This document shows positions 21,326-31,313 of a stretch of 64,000 nt of DNA, in pieces. Position 1 is the first letter of the stretch. Each line of letters begins with the position of its first letter. The stretch comes from an uncultured Planctomycetia bacterium (GTDB lineage Bacteria; Omnitrophota; Gorgyraeia; 2-02-FULL-51-18; JAGOUK01): NCBI GenBank assembly GCA_964430735.1, contig CAYSFB010000003.1, positions 2,039 to 66,038 on the forward strand. Direction: 5' to 3'. Position numbers and translations under genes: made by a program. The notes beneath the pieces were generated by a model. The model did not search any database. It had not been told where the DNA came from and worked only from the letters and a program-made list of their open reading frames with translations.

Positions 21326-22266
21326 TGAAAGTCGGATATATTTTTCCGGGACAGGGCGCGCAGTTCGCCGGCATGGGCCAGGACCTCTACGCGCACTTCG
21401 CCGAAGCGAAGCAGGTTTATGACCGCGCGAACGAGCTGCTCGGGTTCGATGTGAAGCGGATTTCTTTCGAGGGTCCGGCGTCGGATCTGCAGAAGACCCG
21501 TTATGCGCAGGCGGCGATCTTCGTGAACAGCATCGCGGCGCTCAAGGTGTTCGAAGCCAAATACAAGCCGGCCGGCGAGACGATCGCGGCCGCCGCGGGT
21601 TTGAGTCTGGGCGAGGCGACGGCGCTGGTCGCGGCCGGGGCGATCGGACTCGACGAGGGTATCGCCTTCGTGCGGGACCGCGGACTTTTTATGGACGAAG
21701 CGTCGATTGAGGTTCCGGGGTCCATGGCCGCGGCGATCGGGATGACCGTCGCCGAGGTCGAGGCCGTTTGCGCGGAAACCGGCGCCGAGGTGGGGAATTT
21801 GAACTGTCCGGGGCAGATTGTGATTTCGGGCAAGAAGGCGATGGTCGAAGCGGCCGTGAAGCGCTGTCAGGAGCTCGGCAAGCGGGCGGTCCCGCTGGAT
21901 GTGAGCGGCGCTTTTCATTCCACCTGCATGAACTCGGCCTGCCGCCGGATCGAGCAGGCGCTTACAAAGATCAGCGTCCGCCAGCCCGCCTATCCGGTCG
22001 TCTCGAACCTGACCGCTCAAGAAGAGGCCGATCCCGTCCAGATCAAAAAGAACCTCGTCGACCAGATGAATCATCGGACGCTGTGGGAAGACTCCTGCCG
22101 CCGGATGATCGCGATGGGGATCACCAAGTTTTATGAATTAGGCCCGGGCAAGGTCCTCAAAGGGTTGATGCGCAAGATCGACTCGTCGGTGACCGTCGTG
22201 TCGCTCGGAACCGCGGAAGACTTCAGAACGCTCGAATCCGGAGGGGCTCATGCTGCTCAAAAATAA
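21325..22266 (+). CDS. fabD: Malonyl-CoA:ACP transacylase
   Basis: MKVGYIFPGQGAQFAGMG...GLSLGE active site. Confidence 0.92.
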   Translation: MKVGYIFPGQGAQFAGMGQDLYAHFAEAKQVYDRANELLGFDVKRISFEGPASDLQKTRYAQAAIFVNSIAALKVFEAKYKPAGETIAAAAGLSLGEATALVAAGAIGLDEGIAFVRDRGLFMDEASIEVPGSMAAAIGMTVAEVEAVCAETGAEVGNLNCPGQIVISGKKAMVEAAVKRCQELGKRAVPLDVSGAFHSTCMNSACRRIEQALTKISVRQPAYPVVSNLTAQEEADPVQIKKNLVDQMNHRTLWEDSCRRMIAMGITKFYELGPGKVLKGLMRKIDSSVTVVSLGTAEDFRTLESGGAHAAQK

Positions 22267-22993
22267 GGTGGCTATCGTGACCGGCGCCTCGAGAGGCATC
22301 GGCCGGGAGATCGCGTTGAGATTTGCTCAAGAGGGCGCCAAGGTCGTTTTGGCCGCCCGGAACGTCGACCAGCTCAACGCCTTGAGGGACGAAATCAAGG
22401 CCCTGGGCCTCGAGGAGCCGTATGTAGTACCTACAGACGTTTCTAAAGAGGATTCTATACAATCCCTAGTGGATAGTGTCGTTGACAAATGGAACGAAAT
22501 TGATATACTCGTCAACAATGCGGGCATCACCCGCGACGGTCTTTTGGTGCGCATGTCGGAAGAGGAATGGGACGAGGTCATGAACGCGAACCTGAAGGGT
22601 GCGTTCCTGGGAACCAAGGCCGTTGCCAAGCAGATGATGCGCCAGAGACGCGGCAGGATCATTAACATCGCCTCGGTGATCGGTCTCGTCGGCAACGCCG
22701 GCCAGGCCAATTACGCCGCCAGCAAGGCAGGGATCATCGCCCTGTCCAAGTCGGCGGCCAAGGAGCTCGCGAGCCGGAACATTCTGGTCAACGCGATCGC
22801 TCCCGGGTTTATCCAGACCGAAATGACGGATAAGCTTCCCGAAGCAGTCAAAAACGGCATTCTTCAAGCTATTCCGCTGAAAAAGTACGGCAGCGCCGCG
22901 GATGTCGCGGCTTCAGCAGTTTTTCTGGGTTCGGACATGAGCAATTACATGACCGGCCAAGTCCTCACTGTGGACGGCGGCATGGTGATGTAA
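22250..22993 (+). CDS. fabG: 3-oxoacyl-ACP reductase
   Basis: [16 protein letters not shown] Rossmann motif...YAASKAG; contains an AT-rich patch at ~22420-22520. Confidence 0.92.
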   Translation: MLLKNKVAIVTGASRGIGREIALRFAQEGAKVVLAARNVDQLNALRDEIKALGLEEPYVVPTDVSKEDSIQSLVDSVVDKWNEIDILVNNAGITRDGLLVRMSEEEWDEVMNANLKGAFLGTKAVAKQMMRQRRGRIINIASVIGLVGNAGQANYAASKAGIIALSKSAAKELASRNILVNAIAPGFIQTEMTDKLPEAVKNGILQAIPLKKYGSAADVAASAVFLGSDMSNYMTGQVLTVDGGMVM

Positions 22994-23016
22994 CCTCAAC
23001 AAAAGAAGGAACAACG

Positions 23017-23271
23017 ATGTCATCAGCAGATACCCAAACCAAAGTTAGATCGATCATCGCCGAGCAGCTCGGCGTCAAGGTCGAAGAAGTCGTTGATCAA
23101 GCGTCCTTTACGGACGATCTTGGCGCCGATTCGCTGGACACCGTCGAGCTCGTCATGGCGCTCGAAGAAGAATTCGGCATCGAAATCCCCGACGAAGACG
23201 CCGAGAAGATGCGTACCGTCGGCGACGCGATGCGCTACATCGCCGAAAAGTCCAAAGCCAACGCCGACTAA
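23017..23271 (+). CDS. acpP: Acyl carrier protein
   Basis: ...[21 protein letters not shown]... Confidence 0.95.
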   Translation: MSSADTQTKVRSIIAEQLGVKVEEVVDQASFTDDLGADSLDTVELVMALEEEFGIEIPDEDAEKMRTVGDAMRYIAEKSKANAD

Positions 23272-23277
23272 ATTCCC

Positions 23278-24525
23278 ATGTCCGAACGACGTGTCGTCGT
23301 CACCGGATTGGGCGCCATCACCCCGATCGGCCTGAATGCGGCCGATACGTGGGCAGCGCTTCTTTCCGGTAAGTCCGGCGTCTCCCGCATCACCCAATTT
23401 GATCCCAGCGCGCTGGAATGCCACATCGCGGCTGAGATCAAAGGATTCGACCCTCTCAAGGCCCTTCCCTTAAAAGAGTCGCGCCGCATGGAGCGTTTTA
23501 CACAGCTCGCGGTGGCGGCCGCTTTTGAGGCCTGGCAGGACGCGGGTTTTCCGAAGGAAGCGGCGAACGCGTCGGACCGCGACGACTGGGGCGTCGTGAT
23601 CGGTTCCGGTATCGGCTCCCTCAGTATCATCGAGAAACACCACTCCCTCTACCTCGAACACGGCACCAAGAAGTTCAGCCCCTTCATGATCCCGATGCTC
23701 ATCATCAACATGGCGTCGGGCTGGACCTCCATGCTGCTCGGTCTCCGCGGCCCGAACATGGCCGCCGTGACCGCTTGCGCGACAGCGAACCACGCGATCG
23801 GCGAAGCGTTCCGGATGATCCAGCGCGGCGACGCGACCGTCATGGTCGCCGGCGGCACGGAGAGCTGCATCACGCCGCTCGGTGTCGGCGGATTCTGCGC
23901 GCTCAAAGCCCTTTCGACCCGCAACGACGCGCCCGAGCAGGCCTCCCGTCCTTTCGACAAGGACCGCGACGGGTTCGTGATGGGTGAGGGCGCGGGCATC
24001 GTCGTCCTCGAGGAATACGAGCACGCCAAGAAGCGCGGAGCCAAGATTTATGCGGAGCTGGCCGGCTATTCGGCGACGGGCGACGCGTTCCACATGACCG
24101 CGCCCCATCCGGAAGGCGACGGCGCGATGCGTGCGATGAAGCTCGCCATGAAGGACGCCAAGCTCAACCCCACCGATATCGATTACGTGAACGCGCACGG
24201 CACGTCCACAGCGATGAATGACCAGATCGAAACGTTCGCGATCAAACGGGCGTTCGGCGACCATGCCAAAAAGCTCCAGATCAGCTCGACCAAATCCATG
24301 ACCGGGCATCTGCTCGGCGCGGCCGGCGGCGTGGAATTCGTCGCGTGCTGCAAATCCATTCAGGAAGACGTCCTGCACCCGACGATCAATCAGACGACGC
24401 CGGATCCGGACTGCGACCTCGACTACATTCCGAACGCGGCCCGCAAGACCAAGGTCCGCGCGACCATTTCGAATTCGTTCGGCTTCGGCGGCCACAACAC
24501 CTGCCTCGTATTGAAAAAGGTTTAA
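23278..24525 (+). CDS. fabF: 3-oxoacyl-ACP synthase II
   Basis: KAS II with Cys-His-His triad regions. Confidence 0.92.
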   Translation: MSERRVVVTGLGAITPIGLNAADTWAALLSGKSGVSRITQFDPSALECHIAAEIKGFDPLKALPLKESRRMERFTQLAVAAAFEAWQDAGFPKEAANASDRDDWGVVIGSGIGSLSIIEKHHSLYLEHGTKKFSPFMIPMLIINMASGWTSMLLGLRGPNMAAVTACATANHAIGEAFRMIQRGDATVMVAGGTESCITPLGVGGFCALKALSTRNDAPEQASRPFDKDRDGFVMGEGAGIVVLEEYEHAKKRGAKIYAELAGYSATGDAFHMTAPHPEGDGAMRAMKLAMKDAKLNPTDIDYVNAHGTSTAMNDQIETFAIKRAFGDHAKKLQISSTKSMTGHLLGAAGGVEFVACCKSIQEDVLHPTINQTTPDPDCDLDYIPNAARKTKVRATISNSFGFGGHNTCLVLKKV

Positions 24526-24531
24526 TCGACC

Positions 24532-25308
24532 ATGGCGAATCTCCTCCAAGGCAAGCGCGGGATCATCTTCGGCGTCGCGAACAAGCGGAGTCTCGCGTGG
24601 GCGATCGCCCAAGCCGCGCACCGCGAAGGCGCCGAAATCGCATTGACCTATCAGAGCGAGCGCCTCAAGGAAAACGTCGACGAGCTCGCGCCCGCGGTCG
24701 GAGCCAAACTCCTCCTGCAGTGCGAGGCGACCAAGGAAGAAGACCTGGCCCGCGTGTTCGCGGAAGTGGAAAAGCAATGGGGCCGCCTCGACTTCATGGT
24801 CCACGCGATCGCGTTCGCGAAGGCCGATGACCTGGAGGGCGAGTACATCAAGGCGTCTCCGGACGGATTCGCGCTGGCCCTCAACGTGAGCGCCTACACT
24901 TTGACCGCGATGGCCCGTGCCGCGCGTCCGCTTCTGGCCAAGGCCGAAAAGGGCGGGGCGATCGTGACGCTGACTTATCTCGGCGGCGAGCGCGTGATGC
25001 CCGGTTACAACACGATGGGCGTCGCCAAGGCCGCGCTCGACATGAGCGTCAAATACCTCGCCAACGACCTCGGCGCGCAGAATATCCGCGTCAACGCCGT
25101 CTCAGCCGGGCCCGTGAACACGCTGGCCGCCCGCGGCATCCACGGCTTTTCGGAAATCCTGAAACACGTGCGGGAAAAAGCTCCTCTCAAGCGCAACATC
25201 GAAGCGGCGGAAGTCGGCGATGCGGCGGCGTTTCTCCTGAGCGACATGGCCCGGGGGATCACGGGGGAGATCGTGCACGTGGATGCAGGCTTCAGCATCA
25301 CTTCGTAG
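24532..25308 (+). CDS. fabI: Enoyl-ACP reductase [NADH]
   Basis: KRGIIFGVANKRSLAWAIAQ... Confidence 0.9.
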   Translation: MANLLQGKRGIIFGVANKRSLAWAIAQAAHREGAEIALTYQSERLKENVDELAPAVGAKLLLQCEATKEEDLARVFAEVEKQWGRLDFMVHAIAFAKADDLEGEYIKASPDGFALALNVSAYTLTAMARAARPLLAKAEKGGAIVTLTYLGGERVMPGYNTMGVAKAALDMSVKYLANDLGAQNIRVNAVSAGPVNTLAARGIHGFSEILKHVREKAPLKRNIEAAEVGDAAAFLLSDMARGITGEIVHVDAGFSITS

Positions 25309-25351
25309 CCCTTTTCCTCTCTTAGTACCCCTTAATACCCGTTAGTATCGG

Positions 25352-25380
25352 TTGACAAAAATTTAGCGCACAGCTAAAAT
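25352..25380 (+). promoter_or_regulatory. Sigma70-like promoter upstream of smc
   Basis: TTGACA, 17 nt, TAAAAT in the AT-rich fabI-smc spacer. Confidence 0.55.
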
Positions 25381-25439
25381 TGTTTTGGTTTTTTGAATTA
25401 TTTGCTGCGAACGATCTTCCTATTAATTAAGAGGTAAGA

Positions 25440-28400
25440 ATGCATTTTAAGAAACTCGAGATCATCGGTTTTAAGTCGTTCGCGGAAAAAACCAAGCTCG
25501 AATTCCACCCCGGCGTGACGGCCATCGTCGGCCCCAACGGCTGCGGCAAATCCAACGTCTCCGATTCCATCAAGTGGGTGCTCGGCGAGCAAAGCGCGCG
25601 CAGCCTGCGCGGCCATCGGATGGAGGACATCATCTTCAACGGCGCGGCGATGCGCGAGCCGGTCAACTTCGCGGAAGTTTCCATCACCTTTTCGAACGAA
25701 GACCGTTCGGTTCCGCTCGACTACGACGAAGTCGTCATTTCGCGCAAGCTGTACCGCAGCGGCGAATCCGAATATCTCATCAACAAGAGCCAGGTCCGCC
25801 TCAAGGACATCCAGAGTCTGCTCGCGGGCACGGGGCTCGGCGTCGGCAATTATTCCGTCATCGAACAGGGCCGCATCAACCAGATCCTGACCGCCAAGCC
25901 CGAAGACCGCCGCACCCTCTTCGAGGAAGCCGCGGGCATTACGCGCTTCAAACAGCAGAAAAAGGAAGCGCTCCGCAACCTCGAGGCCACCGAGCAGAAC
26001 CTGCAGCGCGTCACCGACATCATCGTTGAGCAGAAACGGCAGATCGGTTCGCTCGAGCGCCAGGCGAAGAAAGCCGAGGCCTACAAGCGCGACTTCGAAA
26101 AACTGAAGACCCACGATCTCATCGTCGCGCGCGAAGAGCGCGAACAGTTCATCCAGGCGCTCGACGCGCGCCGGGCGATGAGCGAAGAACTCAAGACCGG
26201 ACTCGAAGAGCTCGCGGGCCTGTGCGCGTCCGCCGAAGAGGAATTGGCCGACGCGCGCGCGGCGCTGCAGGCGATCGATCAGGAGTACCAGGAGACGAAG
26301 TCCCAGCACCTGATCCTTGAGAACCAGATCAAGAACAACGACGAAAAGATCGCGATTTTTTCGACCTACATCGAGGAGATCCGCACGAAACTCGCCGAGA
26401 TTGATTCGGCTGCGGCCGAAGCGACGCAGCGCGTGGCGGGACTTGAAGCTGAGGAGGCGGGTCTTGCGGAGACGCTGGTTGCGATTGAGGCGGAGCGCGA
26501 AGCGGGGCAGCAGCTCGTTGAGGAATCCGAGGCGCTCTTTGCCGGGATCGAAGCGGAGCTGGCGTTGGCCAAGGAAGAGGCGGCGTTGCTCAAGACGACT
26601 TTGTCGGACGCCGTTGAAGAAGAGCATCGCGCTGAGAGCGCGCTGGGCCTGACGGCGAGCGAACGAGCCGCCAAGGAAGCCGACCGCGCCGAAACGGCCG
26701 CCGAAATCCACTCGCTGGACGTCCAGCAGCAGATCATCAGCGACGAATGCCGCACGGCCGAAGAGCAGGCGCATGCGCTCGCTCAGGAAATCCGCGAGCG
26801 GATTCTCGAGCGCGAACGGCTCGAGGCGCAGCTGGCGCAGGATCGCGACGAAAAGAACTCGCTCGACGCGCAACTGGCGGAGATGCATCAGGACGCGGCT
26901 TCGAAGCGCTCGAAGCTTGAGATGATGGAAAATTTTGCGAAGAGCCACGAGGGGTTTTCCCAGGGCGCACGCCATATCCTTGGTTTGGCCCAGTCGGAGC
27001 CGGCGTGGGAATCGCGCGTGCTCGGCGCGTTGGCGGACTTGGTCGAAGTCGACCGCGGTTACGAAGTCGCTGTGGAATCCGCGCTCGAGACCCTCTCCCA
27101 GGCCATTGTCTGCGAGCGGGACGAAGACGTGACCGAATTGTCGCGCCGCCTTCGCGACGCGAAGCAGGGGCGGGCGGTGCTCCTCCGGCTGGACGCCGCG
27201 ACGGATGCTTTGAATTCCATGCCCGCAGTCGCTCTCGAAGACGGACTGCGCCGGCTCAGCGACGTGACCCGCGCGGAAGAGCGCGTGGCGCGTCTGTACA
27301 GCCACCTCGTCCGGGACATTTATGTCGCGACCGATCCCGCCCAGGCGGCCGCCTTGAGCCGCCGGTATCCGCACGCCGTGTTCGTGACGCGCGAGGGCGA
27401 AGCTTACCGCTCGATGACGGTGCTCGCCGGAAGCGCGGACTCGTCCGAAGAGAGTCTGATCTTCGGCCGCGAAGGCCGCATCAAAGAGATCAAGAACCAG
27501 CAGGTCGAGCTGCAGCTGGAGACGGAGCGTCTCACGGTCCGCCGCGACCAGGTCGCCGCGCACATCGCCGCGATCGAAGAGAATCTGAAGCAGCAGGGTG
27601 AGCTTGTGCCGCGCCTCCAGGTGAAGCTGGCCGACGTGCAGAGCCGCAAAGAGCATCGCGGTAACGAGCGCGGCAAGATCCAGGAGCGTCTGGACCGCCT
27701 CCGTGTGTCGTTGTCCGATCTTGAGACGCGCCTGGCCGCGCTGAGCGGCGAAGAGGCCGTACTGCGCGACTCGCTCGAGACGGCGAGCGCGCGGAAATCC
27801 GAAGCCGAAACGCGTTCCGCTTCTTTGCAGGAGATCATCGACTCGGCCGCCCAGCGGCGCGAGGACGGGCTGGTCGAAATTACCCGTCGCAAGTCCCAGT
27901 TTGAAACGGTGCTCGAGCGTTCTGAGCAGGCCAACCGCAACCTGGACCGCCTCCGCGAAGCGCTCCGGGTCGAGCGTGCCGCGACCGAGATGCGCCGCCG
28001 CGACCAGGAAAGCCTGGTGAGCCGCGAAGCCGAAACGCGCGAACAGCTCGACGCGCTCCAGTCGCAGTCGATGCAGCTGACCCAGGAGCGCGAGACGCTG
28101 CTCGAGCGCCACAACGCGATCGCGATCGAAAAGGAAGATCGTGCCGCGCGCCTGGTCGAGACCGAGAGCCGTCACGCAGAGCTTTTTCAGCGCCAGCAGT
28201 CCGACCGCGAAAAGATCCATGGGCTCGAGATGGACATCGAGCGCTCGATGCACGAAGCGCAGCGCCTCAAGGACAGGATCCTGGCCGCGTACCAGATTGA
28301 TTTGGACAACGAACCGGTGCTGACGATGATCGCCGAGCTTCCGGCCCTGCCGGAACGCGCCGAGGGCGAAGAAGCGCCGGCGGGTGATGCGGGCGAAGGG

Positions 28401-29213
28401 CAGGGGCAGGCGGCCGCCGCAGCCCAGCCCCAGCCGGAGCCGATCGTTTATGACCCTAATGCGGGCCGTCTGGATCCGGTGGAAGCCGAGGAATTGCGCC
28501 AGAAGCTCGCCAAGATGGGCCCCGTGAACCTGGTCGCGATGGAAGAGTACGAAGACCTCCAGAAGCGCCATGAGTTCCTGTCCCGCGAGAAGGAAGATCT
28601 GCTGCGCGCCAAAGACGACATCCACAAGGCGCTGCTCAAGATCAACCGCACGACGCGCGAAATGTTCATCGACACGTTCACGAAGATTCAGGGTTACTTC
28701 GTCGATTACTTCAAGCTGCTCTTCAACGGCGGAACCGCCGAGATCGTTCTGCTCGACGAGGGCGACGTCCTCGAGAGCGGTATCGAGATCGTGGCGCGTC
28801 CTCCCGGCAAGAAGCTGAACAGCATTACGCTGATGTCAGGCGGAGAACAGGCTCTCACCGCGATCGCGCTCATGTTCGCGGTCTTCAAGGTGAAGCCCAG
28901 CCCGTTCTGCGTGCTGGACGAAATCGACGCCCCGCTCGACGATTCCAACGTCCAGCGGTTCGCCAACGCGCTCCAGGAATTCATCAAGGAGTCGCAGTTC
29001 ATCATCATCACGCACAACAAACGCACCATGTCGGTCGCGGACGTCCTGTACGGCGTCACGATGCAGCGGTCGGGCGTTTCGCAGGTGGTGTCGGTGAAGT
29101 TCGGCGGCGACGGCCCCGTTCTGGGCCAGGCGATGGAAAACAAGGAAGCCGACGCGTCGAAGCTCAGCGAATCGCCGAGCCGGCAGCAGATGATCTCGGA
29201 GAACCTCGCCTAG
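25440..29213 (+). CDS. smc: Chromosome partition protein SMC
   Basis: N-terminal GPNGCGKSN Walker A, long coiled coils, hinge, C-terminal LSGGE signature and Walker B. Confidence 0.95.
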   Translation: MHFKKLEIIGFKSFAEKTKLEFHPGVTAIVGPNGCGKSNVSDSIKWVLGEQSARSLRGHRMEDIIFNGAAMREPVNFAEVSITFSNEDRSVPLDYDEVVISRKLYRSGESEYLINKSQVRLKDIQSLLAGTGLGVGNYSVIEQGRINQILTAKPEDRRTLFEEAAGITRFKQQKKEALRNLEATEQNLQRVTDIIVEQKRQIGSLERQAKKAEAYKRDFEKLKTHDLIVAREEREQFIQALDARRAMSEELKTGLEELAGLCASAEEELADARAALQAIDQEYQETKSQHLILENQIKNNDEKIAIFSTYIEEIRTKLAEIDSAAAEATQRVAGLEAEEAGLAETLVAIEAEREAGQQLVEESEALFAGIEAELALAKEEAALLKTTLSDAVEEEHRAESALGLTASERAAKEADRAETAAEIHSLDVQQQIISDECRTAEEQAHALAQEIRERILERERLEAQLAQDRDEKNSLDAQLAEMHQDAASKRSKLEMMENFAKSHEGFSQGARHILGLAQSEPAWESRVLGALADLVEVDRGYEVAVESALETLSQAIVCERDEDVTELSRRLRDAKQGRAVLLRLDAATDALNSMPAVALEDGLRRLSDVTRAEERVARLYSHLVRDIYVATDPAQAAALSRRYPHAVFVTREGEAYRSMTVLAGSADSSEESLIFGREGRIKEIKNQQVELQLETERLTVRRDQVAAHIAAIEENLKQQGELVPRLQVKLADVQSRKEHRGNERGKIQERLDRLRVSLSDLETRLAALSGEEAVLRDSLETASARKSEAETRSASLQEIIDSAAQRREDGLVEITRRKSQFETVLERSEQANRNLDRLREALRVERAATEMRRRDQESLVSREAETREQLDALQSQSMQLTQERETLLERHNAIAIEKEDRAARLVETESRHAELFQRQQSDREKIHGLEMDIERSMHEAQRLKDRILAAYQIDLDNEPVLTMIAELPALPERAEGEEAPAGDAGEGQGQAAAAAQPQPEPIVYDPNAGRLDPVEAEELRQKLAKMGPVNLVAMEEYEDLQKRHEFLSREKEDLLRAKDDIHKALLKINRTTREMFIDTFTKIQGYFVDYFKLLFNGGTAEIVLLDEGDVLESGIEIVARPPGKKLNSITLMSGGEQALTAIALMFAVFKVKPSPFCVLDEIDAPLDDSNVQRFANALQEFIKESQFIIITHNKRTMSVADVLYGVTMQRSGVSQVVSVKFGGDGPVLGQAMENKEADASKLSESPSRQQMISENLA

Positions 29214-29244
29214 AAATAAATAGTACGTGTCCCTAATTCATCAA

Positions 29245-29280
29245 CCCGGGAGATGGGTGACCGTCTCCCGGGTTTTTTAT
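29245..29280. terminator. Rho-independent terminator shared by convergent smc and the GAF-GGDEF gene
   Basis: CCCGGGAGA-(10 nt loop)-TCTCCCGGG-TTTTTT; A-tract on the other side. Confidence 0.8.
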
Positions 29281-30464
29281 TTGGAGGCGGGGCGCTCGGA
29301 CGGGGGAAGGTAGGCGCGGGCGCAGTTTTTGCCGGCGGCTTTGGCGGCGTAGAGGGCGGCGTCGGCGCAGTAAATGAGCTTTTCGCGTTCGAGCGCGTGC
29401 TCGGGGTAGGTGGCGATGCCGATCGAGACGGTGATGGTCTTGAGCGTTTGCATGTTGAGGACGCCGGTGGACTTGGACTCGATCTGGCTGCGGAGTTTTT
29501 CGGCGATCTCGAGGGCTTCTTCGCGGGAAGTGCCGGGGAGGATGACGGCGAACTCTTCGCCTCCATAGCGAGCGAGCGTGTCGCTTTTTCGCAAGGCGCG
29601 GAAGGCCGTTTCGGCGACGAAGCGGAGGGCGCGGTCGCCCTGTTGGTGGCCGAGCTGGTCGTTGTACTTCTTGAAGTCGTCCACGTCGAAGAAAAGGACC
29701 GAGAGCGGCGCCTTGACCAGCTGGGCGGACTGGATCGCCCAGAGCAGGAGCTCCTGGAAGCGCGCGTGGTTCCAGAGGCCGGTGAGCGGGTCGCGGCGCG
29801 AGCGGTCGACGGCGTGGCTGTAGGCCATCGCGTTCTCGATCGCGAGGCCGGCGTGGTCGCCGAGCATCGTCAGGTCGCGGATCTCGTCGCGCGTGATGGG
29901 GCTGCGGTTCGAAATATTGTCGACGAGCAGGACGCCGATCACATGGTCCTTACCTTTGATCGGGACGGCGACGAATTCGCGGCTCTGGATCTCGTCCAGG
30001 AACGGGTCGCGGATCGCGGCGCGGGCTTCGGGTGTGAGGACGGTCATGGGAGCGGCCTCTCTCAGCACGCGGTCGAAGACGAGTTCGCGGGTGACGAGCG
30101 CGCGGTAGCGGCGGACAGCGTCGTTGAGGCCCACGTCGATGCGGCCTTGGGACTTGCGGTAAATATCGAGAAAGCCGTCGAGCTGCAGCTTGGCGGCGCC
30201 GATGTCGTGCCAGATGCGGGCGGCTTCTTCGGGGGTTTTGGGGCCGATGCCCATGACGCCGGTGAGGGCGTCGCCGGATTCGCTCAGAAGGAAGAGGATG
30301 GCGCGGTTGAATCCGAGGCCTTCGTGGCTGGTGACGGCGCTCAAGATCAGGAAGTTCAGCTCGTCGAGTTGGATCGTGCGGCGCATCAAATTCCCGATCT
30401 CGTACAGGAGCAAAAGTTGCCGCCGAACCTTGCGCAGTTCGGCTTGTAATTTGGTTGCTTCCAT
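29277..30464 (-). CDS. GAF-domain diguanylate cyclase (GGDEF)
   Basis: N-terminal GAF-like domain and C-terminal GGDEF with RYGGEEF. Confidence 0.8.
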   Translation of the reverse strand: MEATKLQAELRKVRRQLLLLYEIGNLMRRTIQLDELNFLILSAVTSHEGLGFNRAILFLLSESGDALTGVMGIGPKTPEEAARIWHDIGAAKLQLDGFLDIYRKSQGRIDVGLNDAVRRYRALVTRELVFDRVLREAAPMTVLTPEARAAIRDPFLDEIQSREFVAVPIKGKDHVIGVLLVDNISNRSPITRDEIRDLTMLGDHAGLAIENAMAYSHAVDRSRRDPLTGLWNHARFQELLLWAIQSAQLVKAPLSVLFFDVDDFKKYNDQLGHQQGDRALRFVAETAFRALRKSDTLARYGGEEFAVILPGTSREEALEIAEKLRSQIESKSTGVLNMQTLKTITVSIGIATYPEHALEREKLIYCADAALYAAKAAGKNCARAYLPPSERPASK

Positions 30465-30506
30465 ATTAGTATCAGGCTTTTAAGGCGTGATTAATTTTAC
30501 TCACAA

Positions 30507-31292
30507 TTGACAATAGTGTACCCCATGGCCCAAACCCCCGCCACTTCACAAAACAACCGCCTCGCGCCGCCCGACACCGAGTCGGTTCGGCGGCTTTTTG
30601 ACGCGATCGCAGCGCGGTACGACCGGTTCAACTCCCTTTCCAGCTTCGGGCGGGACGGGGCGTGGCGGCGTGCGGCGCTGGAGTTCGTGAAGCCCGGGAT
30701 GCGGGTGCTGGATTTGGGGACGGGGACGGGTGATCTGGCGCTTGAGGCGGCGCGGCGAGCGGGCTCGGACGGCGCTGTCGTCGGGATCGACGTTTCGCAG
30801 CCGATGCTCGGCTTTGCGGCGCGGAAGACGGCGGAGCGCGAGGCCAAGGCGGTGGCGGCGGGCGTGCTGCCGGCGCCGATCCGCTGGGTGCATCGCGGGG
30901 CGCAGGAATTGCCGTTGGACGGCGAGCCGTACTTCGACGCGGCGGTGTCGGCGTTTGTACTGCGGAACGTACATAGCGAGATCGGCCGCGTGCTCGAGGG
31001 CGTCAAAAAAAGTCTGAAGCCCGGAGGGCGGATTTCGTTCCTGGATTTGACGGAGCCGGAGTCGCGATTTTTGGCCTGGGGGTCGCGGGTTTACATGTCG
31101 ACGGTGGTACTCGTGATCGGGACGCTGGTGTTCCGGGACGCGGAGCCGGTGCGGTATCTCAAGCAATCGATGCAGCGTTTTTTTAGGGCGAGCGAGTTCA
31201 AAGCATTATTAGAGAAGGCGGGATTCGTGAAGGTGCGGTCGCGGGCGTTTTTGTTCGGCGCGGTGACGCTGTACGAGGCGGAAAAAGCTTAA
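30507..31292 (+). CDS. ubiE: Demethylmenaquinone methyltransferase (UbiE/MenG family)
   Basis: VRRLFDAIAARYDRFNSLSSFGRDGAWRR...LDLGTGTGD SAM-MTase motif. Confidence 0.8.
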   Translation: MTIVYPMAQTPATSQNNRLAPPDTESVRRLFDAIAARYDRFNSLSSFGRDGAWRRAALEFVKPGMRVLDLGTGTGDLALEAARRAGSDGAVVGIDVSQPMLGFAARKTAEREAKAVAAGVLPAPIRWVHRGAQELPLDGEPYFDAAVSAFVLRNVHSEIGRVLEGVKKSLKPGGRISFLDLTEPESRFLAWGSRVYMSTVVLVIGTLVFRDAEPVRYLKQSMQRFFRASEFKALLEKAGFVKVRSRAFLFGAVTLYEAEKA

Positions 31293-31313
31293 AGGTTTTT
31301 TTAAAAAATATTC

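Noticed and set aside
25398-28625. 1075-aa - strand ORF antisense to smc
   Set aside because: Same high-GC antisense artefact. The + strand product is an unambiguous SMC.
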